39,355 nucleotides of DNA from Klebsormidium nitens (taxonomy: Eukaryota; Plantae; Klebsormidiophyceae): assembly GCA_000708835.1 (NCBI GenBank), contig DF236959.1:1-39355 (forward strand). The letters are read 5' to 3'. The position numbers were made by a program, and so were the translations under genes. Under the pieces are notes generated by a model, which made no database searches, had not been told where the DNA came from, and worked only from the letters and a program-made list of their open reading frames with translations. Below are positions 10,401-21,400 of the stretch, piece by piece (within the stretch, counting starts at the first letter, position 1; every line of letters begins with the position of its first letter).

Positions 10401-13400
10401 GTAGACGAGGAATCAAAAGAAGTTTTCTCAGAAGGAACAGTTTGTGGTCAAGTTGCAGTTCAACCTGTGGCAGAATCACAAAGACTCAACGCTTTCAAGT
10501 TTCCGCTTCTTTTAGGTATGAGATCCAGGAAAGCTACTGTTGTGATTACAAACTTTAAACCAGCTCTCACGTTTCGACTAGCGGACACGCAATCGGTAAA
10601 GCGACGAAACCCGACAAACGTTGGAGATTCAGTCCAAGAGATTGAGTTAGACTGAGTCAGAGACTCTAATTTTACGAGATCCTCGTAAGCTTCCAGGGTC
10701 CCTACTAAGCGTGTTGCGAGAAGTGTGCTTAAAATGTAAAGTTCAATGATGTTATCTCTCTTCACAGGAAGCACCGCCCCCAACACTTGCCCCGCGTCGG
10801 TTCAGCAGACCGCCTCTGCGAACGCGAGAGCTTTCTTCCAGCAGACTATCTGCCTGTACGGAAACATTGCAAGCGGGACTTCCTCTTTTTGCTTTTACAA
10901 CGCGACTAGCGCGCCAATCGCAGGAAACGCCGCCAACTGCCCAAGTGAGTGCTTCTTCTTAAATGAATAGGGCCTAAATTTGATTCCATCTTTAAATTAT
11001 AGCCAGAAGCAAATGAGATTACTGGACATTCTTGCAGGTTCCTAAATACCATGATATATCCCATATGTAGCACGTCTCTATGTAAGCTGGTTCGAGTTAC
11101 GCATACGGACGCAACGGGAAACACTTGAAGGCCAGTCTGAGGGGCTATTGAATCATATGTTGTGTATGCGAATCAGCCCTCTCAAGTACTATACATATGG
11201 GTAAGCCCTCTCAAGTTTATAATGCACTAGACCCTGGATGCCATCAGAAGAAGACAATCCTTTTCTTCCTGTCCTTCTTTCGTTCTGTCGTTCTGCACGT
11301 TTCGTCCTAGAAAAAGATCTTCTTCATGCTGAGGTATCCAACAAGAGCGCCTAACCCCAGAAACTTGGACGGGTCAACATCGATCAACAGCAGAACTACT
11401 GTGCCTCACGAATGCAATTGTGTATCTGTGCGCAGAAACAATCGGCGGGCCCTCGACGCCTGCTCCAACACCTGCGCTGACGCCTGCTCCGACGCCACTG
11501 ACGAGTGAGTCGCACTTCAAGTGACCAGTCAGCTTTGCGGTCTACGCCCCGCTACTTTGGGCTCTCTTTCTAGCTATTTAAGGTCGGAAGATTGGACGAC
11601 TGAGTCACGGTTTGGTGACGTTGGCAACCGTAAGCCTTGTCATGAGGAGTCCCGCTCCAACGCGCAAACTCGTCACAGATGCAATGCGCCAGCCTGCGGT
11701 CCGGAGGCCGGTGAGTCCCCAGTGTGCCTAGTTTCTTCGTAAACTCCGGGCGGAAATGAGATCTTTTCAAGGGACGGTTCAAGGCTCGCTAAATAGATTG
11801 CGGCAACATAAGGAACGATAGGAGGCCCCCTTCCTCCCCTCCCGTTGACGCGATTAGTGTTGATTCGTAGCCACAGAACTTCAAATATACATTGAGATTG
11901 GCCATCTAGATAAAAAAGTTGATAGATAAATAATCTTATGTATTGACGCTGTTGTTATTGCTAGGAATCGAACGCTTGATCGTTAGGTGAGGACCCGTAG
12001 TTAAATCCGTCCCAACACATGTACACTTATTCTTTGCCCTCTGGGCCATACCGAAAGAAACCATTCCGATTTCGACTCTGGACAGGTGATCGGGCGTAAT
12101 ACAGTAATTGCTGCTTCGATCAGCGTCCTTACGCCGTTATCACTCCGGTATGCAGGTGCCATCGCGGCCAAATGCCAAGCCACCGATATGTTGCAGTCGG
12201 GTTTTTTAGGGTATGTGGAGTGCGAGTACGGCGTGTTTACCGCCGTATACGTGAATCCAATTGGAGCGATCGTGACTTGTCCCTACGATTCAACCGGTGG
12301 CCTCTTGAGTCCTTCGCTTTCTCAAGTTTCCCCAGAACTGAAAGGGGCTACAGCGTCCGGCTGCCCAGGTAACAAAGAGGGTGATTCTTTGACTTGGCGA
12401 TGACATACCGCTGAATTCTCAATGCAAAAAGGAGCCCATCTACTGCAATCTGACTCCTGTAGTAGCCCTGTAGTAGCTACCGTCGCAAACCCTATAAATC
12501 CGATTCCAGTATAGTGGAGTTGAAGGATGCAAATCTCGAATCTTCCTTTTGCGCCCTTGATGCCTCTCAATATGTCAATAGTGACGCATTTTCCCCTCGT
12601 TGATAAATAAAAACCAAGATTTAAATCATCACTAGAGGACTGTTTCCGATATTTGTTGAAGTGATCGTTTAACCAATTTTTATTTCGTAACTGCGACGTC
12701 CACTTGTATTGGCAGCAGTCTGATCCAAAGCCAATCTGAAACAGCCGTTCCGAGGTCTCGCTTGGCTACATTGGCCATCACTTAAGTAGCAGAATCCCGT
12801 TCACTCGAATTGAACTGAGCTGCATCTGCATACAAACCGGAGAGGCCACAGCTGATTTAAGAAGAAACTCGGAAAATTCAACCGAAAGAGCACGACGCAT
12901 TCGCACCCCGCATGACCGCATGCCCGCCCTCCCTTTCCACCGGCCCCCTTATGGGGGCTAAGAAGGTGCCAAGCGGTGTGTCGCGAAACCAAAATAGTCT
13001 CGCCGTGCCTCCTTATTGCAGGAAGAGCACCTCCGTCCTCATGCCCCGCCAGTCCGCCGTTCGAAGCATTGGTTGGGTTTGCTCGTGTCAGGAACATTTC
13101 ATTGATTGCCCGATCGGACAGCCTCAATACCTTTCGGTGCTCCTACTACAACCAGATCGGGGCGATGCTGGGAACCTGTAGCAACCGGCCAGACGGCGTT
13201 CTGTTTGGTTCTATCCGGCGTCCAACCGGACAGTTTTATCCCGGCTGTTATGGTGAGCGCCCGTGGGCACTTTCCTGGGTGAAAAGGTTTTGAAAGCGAC
13301 CGTATCGTTCTTGAACGGGGGGCTAAAGACTAAAAGTTCCTTGAATGATGAAATTGACCGCTGATTGGTGTCAATCCATGATGCGCTTACTATCAGGTAG

Positions 13401-13859
13401 GACATCAGAAGTCTTGCTTTTGGAGTGGCGTCTAGTCCGGGATCAGCGGCTTTGGAATCAAAGGAGCACAGAATCACGTTGCAAGCCGTTTCGTGGCCGT
13501 TTCTTTCTTCTTTGGCATACTTGTCAGGGAGCATCTTAGAATCCGACTTTGGCTCAGCCAACACTTGAATCCAAACGTCTTGCTGAATGATGAATCTGCT
13601 GAAGTCGCAAAAAATAACGAAGCTTCAATTGACCCCTGAGACTAAGATGCATCGTCAAAACACCGCAAAACTCACCGATCCCCCCTATGCCAGCCCAGAC
13701 GGAAAAGCTAGGTTCTCCTAGGTTCTGGACACTATTAAGCGGTGATTGACAATCAGCGGTTTGTCTCTGTGGCCAATGAATGGCTAGTCGTACTGTTTGA
13801 GTCTGCCAGCCAGAGGTTTATATGGAATATTTACCTGGTTCACAGCGGTAAAGCCGTAA
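7493..13859 (+). CDS. Cys-rich modular secreted protein, paralogue 2 (predicted 500 aa): signal peptide - A - B - fused L+A - B - L - C - D - tail; unknown family
   Basis: Predicted exons: 7493-7558 (MAVNSSLLGFLGLLCIVLQIAE, hydrophobic signal-like, donor GAG|GTAAGG), 7877-7976 (phase 0 to 1, less certain), 8403-8633, 9338-9514, 9940-10164, 10768-10944, 11436-11504, 12156-12368, 13022-13252, 13846-13859 (AVKP*). Lengths sum to 1503 nt with no internal stop. Each domain exon has 4 Cys. Confidence 0.8.
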
Positions 13860-15480
13860 AACCATTTACTTGAGGAGAAATTTGAAGGACCGCTTTGAGC
13901 AGTCGGGGCCGAGTGCCTGGCACTGGAAGATAAAGTAGAAGGCTTCCAATGTCCCAATCACCCACGGCTCTCGCTCTGCGATCCACGTCGTCCGATTCTT
14001 GTGCTTACGGTCACTTCACTTCCGGACTTCAATGCAGCAAAAAGCATTGCCGTGCGGCCCTAGACAAACTCAAGCCCTAGGAATAGGTGAGCCACACTGA
14101 AAACCTCGCTTTGTAGTCGACCGTCAAAGCATCTCAGTTCGCTCAGAATTGGCGTAGGCCTCTACAAACATACAAACGAGTGCTTTGTCAACCTTGCCCA
14201 GCCAAGAAATCAAATTGCACAAAACCAGCTCTCGGCTGCAAAGGTTCTTTGCAGCTACGATTCCGACCATTGGCAGTGGGTGTGTTCCTCTCGACTCCCA
14301 TGCATACTTTTCGCTTGCCCTCAAGTGCCCTCAAAACATTGATTTTCTTCTCAGTGCGCAGGTGGTCCGCTGATTGGTATCTGACTCGCTAGCTCACGAC
14401 ACAGAGTCGAGGGAGAGTCGGTCATCATCATGTGACGTATAGAACGTTAAGCCGTGGCCGCAGAGACTTGACCCAAGGCTATGCACTCTCTAAGAATATC
14501 ATTGCAATCCATCGTGGAAGGTTGTAGTGGATCCGACCAAAACAAAACACTTTTTCGCTCGATCGACCTGGCTTAAGTTAAGCTTAGGCCACGGTCGTGA
14601 TCAGGCTTGTACAAAGAAGATTCCTTGCCTAGGTACGGTGCCTTGAGTACACATTAACTAGTAAAGTTTGCAAACGGTAGCAATATATGTTGGGCATATT
14701 GAAGAGATATAAATTGGCCCCACGAAAGGAACCGTCGCTTGGAACGATCGAAGAATAGTCGGACAAACTGGAGTGCCAGGCCATGCACTGCGTCATGTGC
14801 TTTAATTTAGAGTTCAATGCAAGGATGTCAATTCCGAAGTTCTATGAACAATTCCTGCATATGCCAGGCGACCGTCGGACTCAAGTCGGATCGACTCAAT
14901 GACATGCTTGCATACTTGACTTGCGCGACCGCATATCAAGTGTTGCATACACAAAGGACTGATCGAGTCACTCAATTTCCGCGCGCAACGGTCTTGGTGC
15001 ATATCATATCTAACCTAAGTTCCGAAGTTCAAGCACACGTCAGGCTCAGAAACTTGTATCATGTGTTCACTTGTAGGTATGCTAGAGGTCGAGTTCCGCT
15101 GCCATCTGCGGCTAATACGCTCCAGCTAATCTATCGCCATTCTAGAAGGCCGTGGCATCCGATCGACCCCAGGCCCGTCGAGCTAATTTACCGTACTTCG
15201 AAGCGACAGATTTTGTAGTATATACAAATATCTGCTTGATGGCAGATTGTAGTTGTTGCATGCCGCGCTGCTCACGAGAACCATTGACCGGTATGGCGGG
15301 GCACCGTTCAATTAGAACGTTACTTGAGTACACGCCAAGCACGGCGCCAATGAAGCAGAGAAAATATCGTAGAAACTATGCGGGCGAGCACACTTCGGAT
15401 ACATCCTGTCACGCATCCAAAGCAGATAGACAAAGCCAGCACTGATCCTTCTCCATAAGTCGATATGGGCCAGATAGAAT

Positions 15481-18400
15481 CTATCGATGTTTTAGCCTGC
15501 TAGTTCCTTGCCCCCCTTTCCGCAGCACCCTCCGCTCCAGCATCCTTATGGGCACTCCCTCCATCCCAAACTCTTTCCTGCACATCCAGGAGATATTTGC
15601 ACATCTAGGGAGATCCGAAAATGGCAAAAGAGTTTGTGAACTGTCGCGTTCACGGAAAATCACTCTCGTACAGAAAATCAAATACGCACTTCGTACCTCG
15701 TCTCAACCTCTATCACCATAAGCCCGTCTGCAGACTCCACTTCTAGGTTTGTGAGCATCAAGACCACGCGAGGTCGAGAGACTGTCATCGTAAAAGCCCA
15801 ATCACATCGATCCCAAATCCAGAACTTCTGCAGTCCATTTTGTTGAAAAGTTGCTACCTCTTACCAGGCGTTAATTAGTCGGGCGTCTATGGAGAGACCT
15901 GCGTCCGACAGTCAGGAGTCCAAAACAAGATGTTCTGCGTCCCTTACTCTATCCATGTTTGACCTTGAAGATTCGAACCGATGACTGAGACGCACTCCAT
16001 CCGATGGAGAGTCGGATCCTTGCAGGAGAGGGATGACTGAAGACAAAGAGATGCTCAGAATAAGAGGCCAGCAGAACGACGGAGAACCCTGCCTTCGGCG
16101 GAATAACGAGAGGCCACAAGCGTGACCGGCACAAGGAACCGGCCCACCGGAACCAGTTTCCGTAGCGGAAGGAAGGCGGTGCTCCTCACCGGATCCCCGA
16201 TGCAAGAAACCGCAGTCTGGAGGCGGGAAAGTCGCCCGCGCCCGAGACGAAGACCACGAACGTGGGTGGCCGCGCTTTAATCTGCAACGGGATAGGTGAA
16301 AAGCGGACGCTTGATTGCCTGCCTTCGACGTATCCAACCTTTTCTCTTGCTCAACGTCGCGCTGTTCAATTGCTCTCGATATCTGAGGGCGTCGCAGGAC
16401 CGGTTCTACTGACGTCACATGGCGACTGTAAACCTTGCCCCTGTGCGGCTTGTGTCGCCGACCGACCGAAGTGGCGGTGATACTCCTGTGCTCTTTTCTA
16501 TGCTTTTGCATGACCGGTGCTGAAGTTTCGGGCCGCCCCGATCGTACGCCCTCGTTTGGAAAGAGTGCATTGGTCGTGTTCTTTGAGGCTTGGCTGCCCA
16601 TTCCTCACCTGGTGTCTCCTGAGTTTCCCTCTTGTTTTGGCTAGGATGGCTAGATATACAGTACTCACAGTCCAAATGTTTGAACTCGGTCGACTCGTGC
16701 GTTGACACTTCGGGCCCACGAGTTCGGCTCCAATCCTTATAACAAAAGTACAACATGAACGAAGGAAAATAGGTGAGTCGCTACTTGCCTGAGTGATATA
16801 GCGGACCCGGACGCCGTACCCCGGCTTATTGGGCATCTGCATCTCGACCTGCGGACGAAAAGCGCATGCGTCTAGTCTCTGATCCAAGATGACGCACGTG
16901 GCGAAACCATGCTTGCCGGGACTCGGAAGGCCCCGCCGAACATCGCAGCCGTTGAATGGCTCATCCCAAGCAGGCCCAGAAAACACAGTATCTGGTTTGA
17001 TGATACCCCGTGCAGCCAGTTGGATAAGACTTCGTGCCTGTGATCGCGACACTCAACAACCGGAGGTCACAGTTCCTTCCGACGAGACTTCGTGCCTGGA
17101 ATCACCGTGTGAGGACGAAAGGACGGGACGACCCGACCTTACGTCAAAAGTGACCCAAGCACAAAGAATGTCTAAGGACTAACGGTTTGCGTTTCGCTCG
17201 TGCTCCGGAGGAGAAGGGTTTGCCGACTTGTGACAGGGACGACGTGCAGGAAGTTAATGACGTCACGATGACGTCATCCAGTGAGCGGTAAAGAGGACGT
17301 CACGCACCTGTTGAAGCCAGCGATTGATGCGGGACGTCGGCAGACGCGTTTTCCAACTGTCGTAGAGCGACACCACCTTGAAGGTACGGGAGAATGTTCT
17401 CAACAAAAAGCTGGTTAGCGGCGGGTTAAGTACTAACTGCCACTTCGTCTTAGGTAGAGTGTGTCCGAGATCCTGATTCCCGACCCCGCAATTGTTCAGC
17501 TAAGAACCAAAGCATTTCCAGGACCTTGTGAAATAGGCGCAGAATGAACATCTAGAACTGGCTTCTAAACCAGTCGTCGGTGACAACCGGTGCGATGGGC
17601 TGGCTCGCCGGTGGCTTAGACGCCATTTTCGACACCGAACTTTGAGCGGACGATACATACGCGCGTGTAAATATCACGGGGACCGGTTCTAATTCTGACA
17701 TAACGTACGTATGGCTTCGTCACCCACTGTGCTGAACATTTGACTTTAAAGTCGACCAGGAGATTCTCGGGTAAAGTTTCGGTTCAAGGGGTCTGTTCAA
17801 TCATGCTGGCTAACCCATAACAAGGAAAGGGTTAAGCAAGTAAATGGATTTGCACCTTGGGCATCAGCCTGGCGGCCCCCAGGCCCTTCAGAGCAGAAAG
17901 GGTGAGAATCGGCGCCCCCCGTGCCTGCACTCAAATGAGATGAGCAGTTTCAGCTGGTTTTCACACCAGCACACGCATAGGCATACGCATGGGGCAGCAC
18001 ACAAATTTTTGCCTTTCGGCACCCGTCTGGCGCAAAAAGCTGACGGGTTTATCTTCTGAGAAACCGCGACCGTCTGCAAGGAGGCGGAAACGCAAACAGC
18101 TTCAACTGAGGGAGTAGTAAGCATCCTAAAACCCTAAGATTGTAAGACCAGATAAAGCTTAAGGTGTGGTCTCATGTCCGGTCAGTTTCTGATGGAATCC
18201 CATTTTGAGACTTGGTCAAGCAGGCCATCCGCCCCACTCTGACGTCTCATAGACTGATACAATCACCAGATGAAACTGAAAGAAAAAGTTGGGAGGCTCC
18301 AGCGTGCGAGACACCTTCTAAATCCACAGAGTTGACGTCAACAGTGGCATGCAGAATGTTTGGGCATTAGTTGATGATCATGACCTACACCGGGATTGCC

Positions 18401-21400
18401 TCCAATATGATCGCCCTACTTACCGTGTGTCAACGAAGGCTCAGCATTCTGAAGCAGTTTATAAACATCCACTCAACCAGCGCGACAGTGTTCCCTCCAG
18501 TGTGAATCAACAACCAAGCAGTCTACAGCGCCAATCGGCGCGTATTTTTGGTCGTCGATCGACGAGTGAAGAGTAAAAGAACGCGGTGAAGATTGCTGAG
18601 ACCTCAGAGGCCCATCCGAATGGTTCTGTACAGCCTACTATACGGACCAACGTTCTTGAGGTTACTCGAAACCGCTGCTTTTTGACGAAAAGGTCTTTCG
18701 TCAGACCTTGTCAATCACTGAAAGGCTGGATGGCGTTAAAACAGAGGTGCAGAACTTTGATCAAAATGCAAACGCGATGAGGGTTTGACCCCGGACCTGG
18801 GGCAGCAGCTCGTTGAGCTCCGCCTCTAGTTTCTTCGTCAGCTTCCGCTGTTCCGGCCCCGACAAGCAGTCAATCTTGTTCACCAGAACCTGCAAAAAAC
18901 CATTCAGCCAGACTTTAACATCGCCAAACTTTCATTTTCTGGTGTAAAAAGACTGATTTGCGATGAGCCGACGGAGATAAGTAGGTCTCTGTCTTAACCC
19001 TGGGGATCTGTTTACCGTTTCAAAACAGAGTGAGAGAGCCAACCCGGTGGATGTAGACGTGCGGTTGATCGAAAGGATTCAAAGTGCATCCGAATGGCTT
19101 TGAAGTCTCGCTAGAGCAGTGACAGCAGTGAAGCGCAATCCAATGTTAAGATCGATACGAGACCGGCCTCAACCAAAGACATGGACTGAAGGTCGGAAAA
19201 ACATTCTATGAAGCGTCCAAGCGGAATCAGGGAACTAAAACGCAAACCTCCTCTCCAGCTTCTCGTGAGAACGAGAAAATTTAGAAAGGCTCACGACGAG
19301 GGCCCGCACGGCAAGCAGTCAGATTGATTTGGGGATGCCATAAACCGCCTTCTAATCGTGGAAGCATACTTTGGTGAAACGACACCGACCCTTCCTGAAT
19401 AGGTCCAGTTCAGAGCGGGGTAACTGGAGGAGGGAGAACATGCTCACGATGAGGGCGCGCCCTTCCTCCAGGACCCAGCTCGCGAGCGTGACCTCGTTGC
19501 CCTTCATCAGCACGCCGGACGCCGCGATCTGCGAATGCACGCCGGCAAAGCAGATTCGTCAACAACGGGTTTTGATAGGACGAGACGTCAATAACTTACA
19601 GCACGCTGTGAGCACCTTTTGCCTCCTTGGGACCTCAAGTCACTTGAATCAGTGGTCATTGAGTTACTGGTCTCTTAATGGTAGCTGTGCAACTCTGACC
19701 AGTTCTTATAGACGCGCACCACTGCTTGCATTCGTGATAGAGCGCAAGGTTGACGCCTGGATTGCCTCACCCTTTCCGAGCTGTCAGATGATCTTATTCA
19801 GGATCTTGAGAACACAAGCCCTGAGACGGGTGGTTAGGGTGGGGGTTCGTCGGACTGAGCTACGTGCGGGGCGGGTACATCCGAAAAAGAATTTCTGAGC
19901 TACTGACCGTCACCAGGTTTGCTACCCCTGACCTCGAGAGTCGTCCGGTTTGCTTCCCTTGTCGAACGAGTTTTGTCTTTGACCGCCGGAGGAGGGGTCC
20001 GACGCTTTGCTGATTTCGCGTCAGACCTCAGAGTTGCTCATTAGATCAGCATGATTTGGGTGACCAACAATGGCGGCAACCAAAACAATTTGAAGGAGCG
20101 TGTCACCTCTTGAGCATCCAGCATAAGTGCCACCACGTGCGCGCGCATGATCTTCTTCCGGGCGTCGGCTGCGCTCAGCTGCGGGGCGCCCTCCTCCAAC
20201 CGAGACCGGTGCATCCAACCGGCCGTATCGACCTGAGGACACAAGCAACCATATTGATTATCACGAGCGCGTCGAACGACGTGAATCCACGGCGACCTGC
20301 TACGCATCATGACCTGCTCCCATGTCGCCGGAAAAAGGGAACATGTGACTGCCGTGTTTGGCAACTTGGGAACTTCCATACGGGCTTTGCTCGCCGAGGA
20401 GTTAAGGGTAACGCAATCATTCAATCGGACAAGGTCTCACTAGTGTGCTTATGAGTTCCGTCCATCTATGACTGCTGAGTTACAAGAAGAACTCAGAGCA
20501 GATCACAGGCCCACTGTGGAACGTCGCTACCAAAGCAAGAGGCACGGTCGAAAGTGGAAACAACAGTCAAGCTTCATTATTTTCCCATTTGGGCAGGGTA
20601 GTGAGCAGAGCCGTTTGGTTTCTGACACTCACGCCACCTACATTACTGGAAAATGGACGAGTAAAATCTTCGGAATTGTGTTTTATAAATCTGGCGGAGC
20701 CCAAAGAGATTTTTAGAGTAGCGAAACTACACTGTGTTCAGGGCGCAAGGCCTTACCAGCCAAATCGGTCGTCCGTTGTGCTCGAACGGAATCTGGACGG
20801 AATCACGCGTCAGCCCCGGCTCCGGACCGGTCAGCACGCGGTCCTGGCCCAACAGGAAGTTTACCTGGATACGTGGGAGCGTAACGTTTGCTGTCAGGCG
20901 CCTGGAAGCGTTACAGGAGGATGGAGTAAGCGTGCCCGGAGCGCACAAAGACGGGTCAGAAGCGACGGTCGGGCGCGTGCGACCGGGGTGGAGCATTTTG
21001 TGTTTGAGGACGGATACTACGGCCTTGAATTAACACCTTGGCAACCTTTTTCTTGCTTTTCAAAAGACACTTGCGCTGAGGAAAGCTAGCTGAGCAGGAC
21101 TCCGGAGGCCAGCCTGGAGCTTAAGGTCGGACGGCGTGATGAGTGGATTGAGGCCTCCTTTGGAAGGCCAAACTCCAGTATCTTAATAACATTGAAAACT
21201 CGAGTTAGGGTTTAAGGTTGCTGGGCAAACCAAGTTCAAGGGAGGGATCTGATTGAAGCTTTTTCGTTCTGACCAGAACGCTGACAGCGTCATCCCGCCA
21301 GCCATGCTTTGCTGCGCGTGACATGGACATACTTAAAATAAAAGTGGACTTAAAAACCTTACCAAAGTGGACTTGCCCACGTTCGGCCGCCCCGCGATCG

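Larger units (their letters stand above)
1..14595 (+). repeat. Tandem segmental duplication of the Cys-domain gene, period about 9 kb, with internal duplication of the A-B-L exon block
   Basis: Exons and introns align between copies, e.g. 3103/12156, 3961/13022 and 4846/13846. 3' flanks stay similar until about 5590/14595. Introns after A exons (1026, 8634, 10165), after B exons (1925, 9515, 10945) and after L exons (244, 2646, 11505) are mutually homologous. Confidence 0.85.

Noticed and set aside
15912-17052. Long minus-strand ORFs (229 aa, 184 aa)
   Set aside because: Mostly Der intron sequence; only the 60-nt exon at 16848-16789 is genuinely coding in the 184-aa frame.
17258-17276. TGACGTCA x2, as-1/ocs-like bZIP site
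   Set aside because: Spacer is 3 bp rather than the 4 bp of as-1, it is deep in an intron, and short motifs arise by chance.
18125-18137. Telomere-like cctaaaaccctaa
   Set aside because: Fewer than two full units.
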